This document shows, piece after piece, positions 1 to 7,115 of a DNA stretch of 8,733 nt (positions are counted from its first letter, which is position 1; each line of letters begins with the position of its first letter). Origin of the DNA: an uncultured Deferribacteres bacterium (GTDB lineage: Bacteria > Zhuqueibacterota > Zhuqueibacteria > Zhuqueibacterales > Geothermadaptataceae); contig CAXHAT010000266.1 of NCBI GenBank assembly GCA_964014485.1, positions 1 through 8,733 of the forward strand, written 5' to 3'. The notes under the pieces are model-generated. The model was not told the origin of the DNA, ran no database searches, and saw nothing but the letters and a program-made list of their open reading frames with translations. The translations under genes and the position numbers were made by a program.

Positions 1-2
1 GG

Positions 3-25
3 ATTCCCGCCTGCGCGGGAATGAC
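3..25. repeat. Short palindromic REP-like repeat ATTCCC-N8-GGGAAT(GAC), probably one arm of an element truncated by the window start
   Basis: ATTCCCGC-CTGC-GCGGGAAT at 3-22 is a perfect 8-bp stem hairpin followed by GAC. It fits the ATTCCC-N8-GGGAAT pattern of Neisseria dRS3 and similar dispersed palindromes in other bacteria. Confidence 0.75.
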
Positions 26-102
26 TTTGACGAGAGTTTCTACGGCGTCACGGCTGTCGCGTAACATCAGTTACTAAAACTGAATTCAAAGGCATGTGTG
101 AC

Positions 103-198
103 AAACATCCCTCTGATTTGTTCGTTGGACGCTTCACAAATCGTCTCCCTTTCGAAGGGGGAATCGCAAAACTCCCTTCGAAAAGCAGAGGGATGTTT
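103..198. repeat. Nested inverted-repeat element (MITE-like or structured small repeat)
   Basis: A perfect 13-bp terminal inverted repeat, AAACATCCCTCTG (103-115) / CAGAGGGATGTTT (186-198), encloses two hairpins: GATTTGT (115-121) / ACAAATC (136-142), and TTTCGAAGGGGG (150-161) / CTCCCTTCGAAA (172-183, one G-T pair). Confidence 0.65.
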
Positions 199-242
199 CT
201 CCCTGGCCGCTGTGAAATTCATGAATTGTTCAGGTTAAAAAA

Positions 243-280
243 CTCTGCGAAGCTCTCCAATCTTTGCGTCTCTGCGTTAA
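243..280. repeat. Degenerate CT(C/T)TGCG short direct repeats
   Basis: CTCTGCG at 243-249, CTTTGCG at 262-268 and CTCTGCG at 270-276. It resembles a common dispersed intergenic motif; family membership is recalled, not verified. Confidence 0.4.
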
Positions 281-417
281 GTTCCGAAGTTGAATGACTG
301 CGCCTGATTGGTTCCGGCTTGTCCGGGTTAGGAGTGCATCGCATTACGCCTCTATTCAATACAATTACACGATAAATGTATCAACCAAACGACTTCACAA
401 AATAAAGAGAAACCGTC

Positions 418-2361
418 ATGGCAAAACGCAAACAAAGTCAACCTGCAAAACCTGATAACGAAAACCCGCGCTCGAATGATCCGATAGAGCAAAAGGGCAA
501 AAAACGCGGATCGAAACCGCCTAAGGGGGCGCCGCCTCCAGGGCAAACTTTTGGAGGCGCAACCATGCCAGACCCAATCGTTTTTATTGATTTGAAGGAA
601 AACGACGCTCGCGCGCGGCAGCGTCTCGAAAACCGAAGGTTCGAGCTCGAGCGCCAAAAAGAAGAGCTCGGCGGAACGCTGCCGCCGCCTTTGCAGGCGG
701 AGCTGGACGATATCGTCGATTTGCTCGATAATCAAAAAATACCTGAACGGGACGACTTGTCCGCCGTTGTGGATCCCATGTTCACGGCGATTCGCGACAA
801 ACTGGGAGAAATTTGTCCGCCGCCGGTTGGCGACCATTACCAAGGGAAGCTGCCAAGTCAGTATCCGCCACCACCACCTATAAGTGTCCCGGTTACTACG
901 TCTGAAGCAACCTATAGCAATATTGGCGGACCGATTTTGACCGAGCCGGAAAAAACGCTGGCGGCGATCTACGGTTTGATGGAGCAGGATAATCTGACAA
1001 ATCCTAAGCTGTCTCGTTTTGTCCCGGCGATTTCGATTGCCATGGGCGAATACACAGCGAATGAAGCGCTTTTCGATGCTGTTTTAAACATAGTTATTCA
1101 GGAATCGCTCGTCGCGATTCCGTCTTCGGCAATGTCACTAGGTACCGTCGGCCCTCAGGGACAAGTCTCGATGCCTGAATATCACGTTCGGGCGGATCGT
1201 TGGGTTGGCGTGGCGCGTATCTTGCGTTCCCAAGGCGTCACGGTAAATGACCCGCTGCTCGCCTTGAAAACGCGCCAAGCGCTGGCCGGTCTGGACGGAA
1301 GCGGCTCCGGCGACGTTTCATCGGCGCTCGATATTCAGTTGCCCAATCTGGAAGAACACGCCGACGTTGAAATAGTGGCGGACAACCTGCGCGCCATGCA
1401 AGCGCTCTACTTTTCCGCCAGTCTGGAAGAGCTCAAGGTATTTCAGGTCGTCGACAAATTGGTCGAATTGTTCCATATCGGCATGCTGCCGCTGGGACGC
1501 GGCAAGGCGGGCGATATTCTTTACAATTATTGGAAGAAAAGCGTCGACCGCTTGACCGAACTCGAACGCCGCAATCTTTATGCGCGCGCTTTCGGCTTTC
1601 CGGGCGGCGACGCAGGGCAGGGCATGCCGAACCGCGAGTTCGACAATTTGTGGCTGCGTTTCATTTCCGCCGTCTCCAATTTCGTGCGTCAGATTTACGT
1701 GGATGATCTTCTGCGCTCAAACGTTCCCGTAGCGGTGAGCCAGGAGCAGGTGCGTAAGTCCGGTCGCGATCTCGCCGCGAATCTCTCCCTGCATGGCTAC
1801 GGTGTTGCATTTTTCGCCGCAGCGGAATTGCAGAAGCAGCTCAACGAAATCATCACACTGCTTTCCGACGACGAAGTTAAAACAGCTTACGGCGCTCGCG
1901 ACATGTGGCAGGTCGTCGATCAAGTGGCGGCGATGGAATTGGGCGGCGCCAGAAACAGCATCCGCTATCGCACGATGGCCAATGCCGGGGCGATTATCGT
2001 TCGCTGGTTGGAGAAAAAAGCCAACGTTTTGGCCGGTGCTTCCTTGGTCGACGTCATCGATCTGCGTCAGGTGCGCAACCCGATTTCGCGTCCGGAAGGC
2101 GTCAGACCGACGGAAGACCCGACGGATTATGATCTTTTCAATGCTTGCGAACAGTGGCTCGCGGTTAACGGCATCCCGGATCAGGAAGTCGAACAATATT
2201 CTCAGCCGACTGAATCGCCGTTGATTACTTCGCGCCCGATCCAGATTCCGGCAATGGCGCGCGACATGCTCGAAGGCGTCGGCATTCAGGCCGGAACCGG
2301 AAACGGCGGCTACAATAACCGAAACATGGAGACGCATCATGAACGAAAAGCCTATGTCTGA
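418..2361 (+). CDS. Hypothetical protein A1 (647 aa): Lys/Pro-rich disordered N-terminus, Pro-rich linker and a C-terminal predicted all-helical domain paralogous to A2
   Basis: Long ORF after an AT-rich leader (AAAGAGAAA at 404-412). The region from about 1330 to 2170 aligns with A2 (LRA..Y...LE, W....DR.T..ERR.....FG, LAANL, FAA, GA...W..V, G.....WL). Alternative in-frame start at ATG 565 with GGAGG at 553-557. No obvious signal peptide or transmembrane helix. Confidence 0.9.
   Translation: MAKRKQSQPAKPDNENPRSNDPIEQKGKKRGSKPPKGAPPPGQTFGGATMPDPIVFIDLKENDARARQRLENRRFELERQKEELGGTLPPPLQAELDDIVDLLDNQKIPERDDLSAVVDPMFTAIRDKLGEICPPPVGDHYQGKLPSQYPPPPPISVPVTTSEATYSNIGGPILTEPEKTLAAIYGLMEQDNLTNPKLSRFVPAISIAMGEYTANEALFDAVLNIVIQESLVAIPSSAMSLGTVGPQGQVSMPEYHVRADRWVGVARILRSQGVTVNDPLLALKTRQALAGLDGSGSGDVSSALDIQLPNLEEHADVEIVADNLRAMQALYFSASLEELKVFQVVDKLVELFHIGMLPLGRGKAGDILYNYWKKSVDRLTELERRNLYARAFGFPGGDAGQGMPNREFDNLWLRFISAVSNFVRQIYVDDLLRSNVPVAVSQEQVRKSGRDLAANLSLHGYGVAFFAAAELQKQLNEIITLLSDDEVKTAYGARDMWQVVDQVAAMELGGARNSIRYRTMANAGAIIVRWLEKKANVLAGASLVDVIDLRQVRNPISRPEGVRPTEDPTDYDLFNACEQWLAVNGIPDQEVEQYSQPTESPLITSRPIQIPAMARDMLEGVGIQAGTGNGGYNNRNMETHHERKAYV
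553..567 (+). promoter_or_regulatory. Strong Shine-Dalgarno sequence and in-frame ATG inside A1 (alternative start)
   Basis: GGAGG at 553-557, a 7-nt spacer, then ATG 565 (MPDPIV...), in the same frame as 418. Confidence 0.5.
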
Positions 2362-3379
2362 CGTCGTGGCCCGTCGGCTGCAAACGGCGGCGCAGCGATT
2401 GGGTTCAGCGGATCCGCTGCCTTACGTTAAGCCGCTGATAGACCGCACTTTTTACCTGCCGCAGGGCGACAGCAAATATGCTGAAAATACGCTGACGCCC
2501 GGCGCGGCGCCGCTTGAGCCGTCTTTTTCCGAAAATGAGCCGCACGATCTGCGTTTTACCGTTGAGCCGCTGGGGCCGGAAGCGTCTCCGGTCATGCGGC
2601 GGGACGAAGCGACGCGGGAAATGCGACGCCTGGTGTCGCCGGTTTTTGGCCAGGACGCCCTGCGTTGGTTCGACGGACGCAGCGAAGAGTGGCGCGGCAT
2701 GGGGTCGCGCTCCCGATTGCGCTACGGCGCCTTTTTCGGAACATCATATGATCGCGACGGCATGCACGCCTCCAAAGTCTACTACGAAATGTCGCCGAAT
2801 CAGATCGACGCCCTGCCCCCGGCGCTGGCGAGCCTAGCGCGACAAGCGATGCAAACCCTGCCTTCGTTAGTGCCGATGTTTACAACTATTGCCTGCCGCA
2901 GAAACAGCGGCGTCCAGCGAACCACTTTCTTACAGCTCGGCCCGCTGCGTTTGGGTGATCTCAAACCCTTGCTGCAGCGCATCGGTCTGGCGCACCAACT
3001 GCCCGGCCTGATGCAGATGATGGGTTTGGCGCTCGGCGGACGCTTTGAACTGCCGCCGGAAACGGTGGTGCTGGCGCTCGGCCAAACCACCGAAGGGCCG
3101 GAACTGAAATTGGAAGTCATGTTGGGGCGCATCCCGGACTTGCCGCGGACTTTTCTTGATCTCCTCGCTCTCGGTCTGGCCGAAAAGCCAAAGGAGCTCA
3201 ATGCACTGATGAGTTGGCTGCGCGCTTTTACGCCGGAATCAAGCGAGCTGCCGGGAAGGTTTTCCGTTTTAAGCGTACGGATTACGCCGAAATCGCCGGC
3301 GCGCGTGAGTCTTTATTTACGGCCGATTGAGTTTGAAATCACTGATCGTTTTGTTGAACGCAATGGCGTTCCCGGTTAA
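2339..3379 (+). CDS. Putative ABBA (PT-barrel) aromatic prenyltransferase-like protein, DMATS/tryptophan dimethylallyltransferase-related (346 aa)
   Basis: GGAG at 2328-2331 lies 7 nt before the ATG, and the gene overlaps A1 by 23 nt. Motifs LTPGAAPLEPS (E60), LRFTVEP (R72), ALRWF, SKVYY (K146/Y148) and VSLYLRP (Y326) occur in the order of the DMATS PxExS, VRYxxEP, LxWF, KxY and terminal Tyr motifs as I recall them from FgaPT2-type enzymes. The CDS is near-certain; the family call is moderate. Confidence 0.7.
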   Translation: MNEKPMSDVVARRLQTAAQRLGSADPLPYVKPLIDRTFYLPQGDSKYAENTLTPGAAPLEPSFSENEPHDLRFTVEPLGPEASPVMRRDEATREMRRLVSPVFGQDALRWFDGRSEEWRGMGSRSRLRYGAFFGTSYDRDGMHASKVYYEMSPNQIDALPPALASLARQAMQTLPSLVPMFTTIACRRNSGVQRTTFLQLGPLRLGDLKPLLQRIGLAHQLPGLMQMMGLALGGRFELPPETVVLALGQTTEGPELKLEVMLGRIPDLPRTFLDLLALGLAEKPKELNALMSWLRAFTPESSELPGRFSVLSVRITPKSPARVSLYLRPIEFEITDRFVERNGVPG

Positions 3380-3405
3380 GCTCGGTTTAAGAAAAGAGAA
3401 AACAA

Positions 3406-4716
3406 ATGAGGTCACTAACAAAAAATCGAACGGACGGCGACGCTAATGCGCTGACGCCCCGGCAGACGCTGGACGTGGCGCGCGGCAAAGTTCGCGACTT
3501 GCTGTTGAAAAGCGACGCCTTTCGCGCCTTGCCGCAAGATAAGCAGCGAGACATTGCGAAGAACACCGTCGAAGTCGTCAACTACCTTGCCGCGCCGGAG
3601 GGCGTTCCCGGCAACAAGCTGGCAACGGCGAAACAGTTCGTCGGCGCCGGGCAAAGCGACGATCCTTACGCCCTTGCTCTCGAAGATGAGCCTGGCGGGG
3701 GGCGTCGTTCGAGAAGAGACGGCGATTTTTCCGCATTGGCGGCGCGCGAGGGCGCGCAAGTGGCCGGTCTGCTTCTGGATCAGGTCAATTTTCCGGAATT
3801 TGTCAGCGGGCTGATTAACGGCGTGTTCCATTCCATTGTGCAATCATCAATGCAGCAGATGGAAGCCTATGGCCGACTGGTCGCGGACGTCGCCAAATCT
3901 CTCAACCAATTTCGCGATGAAAACGTGTCGATGAATCAAGGACGCGATCATCTCGTCGAACAGTTTTCCGATACTTTCATGCTCGACGTCGATACCGGCG
4001 ATAGTTTTGGCGGAGGGGGCGGCCCCAGAATCAGGCTGCGCGAAGACGTCGACGAAGAACAAGCATTGGCAAAAATCAACGACTTGCCTGTTGCCGGCGG
4101 CAAGTTGACCAGCCTCGATCTGGAAGACGACGAAGTGGAAGAAAAGCTGGTGCAGGCCGCGCGCACGCAATTGGCAACCAGCCGTCAGCAACTTTTGGCG
4201 ACGATGGTGATGATGGGCATCAACCGCATTATCGTGACCGAAGGACGGATTTCGGCAAAAGTAATGTACGATTTCCGTGCTCGCGATAATTTTCAGCGCA
4301 GCGCCACGAGCTTTGATTATGACAACCTGGGTACAAAGACGGTTCGTGAAGGCGAACATGAATACGAGCGCGAAGGAAGCAATTACACTTGGGAGAGAGA
4401 TGGAGACAAGTCGGAAGGCGAGTATCGAGGGCCAAGCTATTACTCAAAAGGGCAGTATAAAACAACACAGGAACCGCTGGTTAAACTCAAGAGCGCTACC
4501 GCTGAAGCGCAAGACGCGCAGTTGCAGTCCAAAGCGAGCCTTGCGGGCACCGTCGACGTGAATTTCAAAAGCGAGACCTTCCCGTTGGAAAAACTGGCCG
4601 ATTCGTTTCAGATCGCTCAAATACAGAATGCGGCGCAGCCCAAGAGGACGGCTCCGCAAGGCGGAAGCCGGGCGGCGTCAGAACCGCCAAGTTCGCCGTC
4701 AACTCCTGCTACCTAA
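3406..4716 (+). CDS. Hypothetical protein B1 (436 aa), family B paralog with helical core and long predicted beta-hairpin; possibly distantly DUF2589-like
   Basis: Starts 26 nt after the previous stop. Shares VNFPEFVSGLINGVFHSIVQSSMQQMEAYGRLVADVA, RQQLLATMVMMGINRIIVTEGRI and VDVNFKSETFPLEKL blocks with B2 and B3. Pro/Ser-rich tail. Confidence 0.9.
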   Translation: MRSLTKNRTDGDANALTPRQTLDVARGKVRDLLLKSDAFRALPQDKQRDIAKNTVEVVNYLAAPEGVPGNKLATAKQFVGAGQSDDPYALALEDEPGGGRRSRRDGDFSALAAREGAQVAGLLLDQVNFPEFVSGLINGVFHSIVQSSMQQMEAYGRLVADVAKSLNQFRDENVSMNQGRDHLVEQFSDTFMLDVDTGDSFGGGGGPRIRLREDVDEEQALAKINDLPVAGGKLTSLDLEDDEVEEKLVQAARTQLATSRQQLLATMVMMGINRIIVTEGRISAKVMYDFRARDNFQRSATSFDYDNLGTKTVREGEHEYEREGSNYTWERDGDKSEGEYRGPSYYSKGQYKTTQEPLVKLKSATAEAQDAQLQSKASLAGTVDVNFKSETFPLEKLADSFQIAQIQNAAQPKRTAPQGGSRAASEPPSSPSTPAT

Positions 4717-4741
4717 GTGAGTATGCGAAGGATATTGAAAT

Positions 4742-5944
4742 ATGAAAAACCAAAACGGCAAGCCGGCTGCCTGGGCGGATGATCAAACCCTGAGCGCCGT
4801 ACGTCCGGAAGTTCGTAAAATTTTGCAAGCTTCGCCAGGGTTTCAGCAGCTTTCGGAGCCGGAGAAAAAAGAGTTGGCTTCAAAAATGGTGAAGGTGGCT
4901 TCGTACATGTCCAATCCGGACGGCTTGGCGGCGCAGGAGCTTTCCCCGGAAGGCGGCGTTCTCGCCCACGCCCAGGAAGACGATCCGGTTGAAGCGACGA
5001 AAAGACGGTTGAGCCAAGCGCCGGGCGTTGTTGGAGAAGATTTCGAAGCGGGGGCGGTCAAGCAAGGCGTCAAGCAGTTTGGCGCGCTGGTGCAAAAGGT
5101 TGATTTTCCGAAATTCGTCGGCGGACTAATAGAGAATGTGTTCCAGGCGATTGTGGATTCCTCGATCAAACAGATGCGCGCTTACGGCGAGTTGCTGGCC
5201 AATGTGGCGAAAACGGTCGACCAGTTTGCGCAAGATAATATCACGGAAAATAATGCGCGCGATTGGATGGCCGAACGCTTTCCGGACGCTTTGGGCGTCG
5301 AAACGGAAGACATGGGTTTTGGATTTGCCGAAGGAGACGAGGAAGAAGCGCCTGGGCCGCAGCCCAAAATCGTAGCCACAGGAGAGGAGCCGGAAGAAGA
5401 CTTAAAGCGCATTTCGGAGGAATTGGGGCTGGAAAAACCCGTTACCGACATTTCCGATCCGAACGAAGAACTGCGTCTCGTCTTGGGAGCCCGCTTGCAG
5501 ATTGCCCGTGCGCGTCAACAGTTGCTCTCCTCGATGGTTATTTTGGGCATTAACCGCATCGTCGTTACCGACGGTCTTATTCATGCCAAAGTTGTTTTCG
5601 ACATGCGCGCCCGCGATACGGCCAGGCGTGTGGCAAAAGCTTCGATGCATGACAGAGAATCGCAATCGCACAAGATTTCGACGCGCGCCGAATACGGCAG
5701 TTGGTTGTCTCCGGTTTCCGCCAGCGTGGGGACTGAGCATGCTATGGAGCATGTCGCAACTGTTGAATCATCGGTCGATGATACGTCCGAATCGAAAGCG
5801 GAAGTGAAAGCCAAGCTCACCGGCGAAGTGCGGGTCAATTTTAAGAGCGACCACTTCCCGATGGAGAAGCTGGCTAGCCCGGAAATGATCGCCGCCATCC
5901 AAGGTAACGCCGAGCCGCCGAAGAAAATAGTCGAAGGCGCCTGA
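4742..5944 (+). CDS. Hypothetical protein B2 (400 aa), family B paralog
   Basis: AAGGA at 4728-4732 and a 25-nt gap after B1. Conserved blocks VDFPKFVGGLIENVFQAIVDSSIKQMRAYGELLANVA, RQQLLSSMVILGINRIVVTDGLI and VRVNFKSDHFPMEKL. Confidence 0.9.
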   Translation: MKNQNGKPAAWADDQTLSAVRPEVRKILQASPGFQQLSEPEKKELASKMVKVASYMSNPDGLAAQELSPEGGVLAHAQEDDPVEATKRRLSQAPGVVGEDFEAGAVKQGVKQFGALVQKVDFPKFVGGLIENVFQAIVDSSIKQMRAYGELLANVAKTVDQFAQDNITENNARDWMAERFPDALGVETEDMGFGFAEGDEEEAPGPQPKIVATGEEPEEDLKRISEELGLEKPVTDISDPNEELRLVLGARLQIARARQQLLSSMVILGINRIVVTDGLIHAKVVFDMRARDTARRVAKASMHDRESQSHKISTRAEYGSWLSPVSASVGTEHAMEHVATVESSVDDTSESKAEVKAKLTGEVRVNFKSDHFPMEKLASPEMIAAIQGNAEPPKKIVEGA

Positions 5945-6000
5945 CGCCAATGGCACTAATTTTTTGTATTTCTGAGTTTAAAATGTTGGTTTCAGAAAAG

Positions 6001-6092
6001 ACACGCTAAAGCGTGGACTACGAACGATGACGCTCGCTTCTACCCTGAGTGTTGGGCATGCACTGTCGTTTGTAGTCCATGCTTTAGCATGT
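6001..6092. repeat. Inverted pair of GTAG-family REP elements (REPIN/BIME-like doublet)
   Basis: 6001-6027 and 6066-6092 are 27-bp inverted copies with 3 mismatches. Each reads GTAG-TC followed by a 6-bp-stem hairpin (CACGCT-TT-AGCGTG on the minus strand, CATGCT-TT-AGCATG on the plus strand). A T7 run occupies 6092-6098. Confidence 0.75.
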
Positions 6093-6133
6093 TTTTTTCA
6101 AAACCGCTGTTTTGGACAAAATTTAAAATCCAA

Positions 6134-7108
6134 ATGACAACGCCCAAGTCACAAATAAATTCCAATGACCAAACTATAGAGCAACGCCTGAGCGGCTTTT
6201 CTGAAATCGACTTTGCGTTCCGGACGGACGACCTCGACGCGGCGCTGGCGCTTGGCTGGCGAATGTTAGAAGCGTCGGAGCGGTTCGCGGGTCAGTTTGC
6301 TCTGCCGGACGTCGGCTTGCCCGAACTGCCGCCGGTTGTGGGAGGCGAGTTTGATCAGTCCCAACTGCGCGCCGTCGCGCCGTTCTACCTGGCTTCCGAA
6401 TTGGAGGCCGTTCGATTGATACCGGCGGTTGAGACGTTGGCGGGGTTGTTCATAAGCGGCGGATTGCGTGCGCAGCTTGGTTCGGCGGGATCAATGATTG
6501 GGCGGTTTTGGCGGGCGCGACGAGATCGTTTTACGAAGGAAGAGAGACGGGCGTTTTTCTCGCAGGTTTTTGGCGCCAATCACGGCCCCGTCCTGGCCGC
6601 TCGCGGCGGGCGCAACGAGAAGTTCGAAATCTTGATGATCGATTTTGCCGAAGCGCTTTATCAGTTCAGTCAATATGCTGGGTATGTCGGACGCACGCCG
6701 CCGCAAACGCACCTTTTTCTCGCTGCGAAAAAGCTTGCCGCCAATCTAACGCGGTACGGCGGCGGCGTGGTCGGCTTTGCGGCGCGCGATATTCTCGAAA
6801 CCGTCAGCAAGGCGTTGGATATTCTGAAACAGCCGACGGTGCAGCGCGCCGTCGGAGCCGTTTCCGTTTGGGACGCGGTGCGAAGAATCAATCAACGCTA
6901 TCTCGGCGAGACCGTCGAAATCGCCAACCATGTGAGACGAGCCAAATCAGGCGTGACGATGCTGGCCTGGCTGGCTGAACATTTGCCGGAGTTGGGCACG
7001 GGCAGATCGGTTGACTTTTCCTCCGAAAACAACGTCGTCTCCGCCGCGACGACCTGGCTGCAGGCGACATTGTCGATGGCTGAGCAAGCCTTCGCCCCGC
7101 AATTTTGA
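6134..7108 (+). CDS. Hypothetical protein A2 (about 324 aa), stand-alone paralog of the A1 C-terminal domain; start codon uncertain
   Basis: The ORF-track start at 6089 lies inside the REP hairpin, so ATG 6134 or a later codon is more plausible. There is a gapless alignment of about 90 aa to A1 (DVGLPELPP...ERRAFFSQVFG vs DIQLPNLEE...ERRNLYARAFG), plus LAANLTRYGGGVVGFAA vs LAANLSLHGYGVAFFAA. Confidence 0.85.
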   Translation: MTTPKSQINSNDQTIEQRLSGFSEIDFAFRTDDLDAALALGWRMLEASERFAGQFALPDVGLPELPPVVGGEFDQSQLRAVAPFYLASELEAVRLIPAVETLAGLFISGGLRAQLGSAGSMIGRFWRARRDRFTKEERRAFFSQVFGANHGPVLAARGGRNEKFEILMIDFAEALYQFSQYAGYVGRTPPQTHLFLAAKKLAANLTRYGGGVVGFAARDILETVSKALDILKQPTVQRAVGAVSVWDAVRRINQRYLGETVEIANHVRRAKSGVTMLAWLAEHLPELGTGRSVDFSSENNVVSAATTWLQATLSMAEQAFAPQF

Positions 7109-7115
7109 GGCTTTG

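Noticed and set aside
3..22. dRS3-like palindrome as evidence for a Neisseria origin
   Set aside because: Similar palindromes occur in many unrelated bacteria, and nothing else in the window points to Neisseria.
94..297. 67-aa ORF upstream of A1
   Set aside because: It lies across palindromic repeats, has no clear ribosome-binding site and no recognisable protein features; most likely a chance ORF.
6089..6133. ORF-track start of A2 at ATG 6089
   Set aside because: The ATG sits inside the REP hairpin and the extra peptide MFFSKPLFWTKFKIQ comes from AT-rich intergenic-like sequence.
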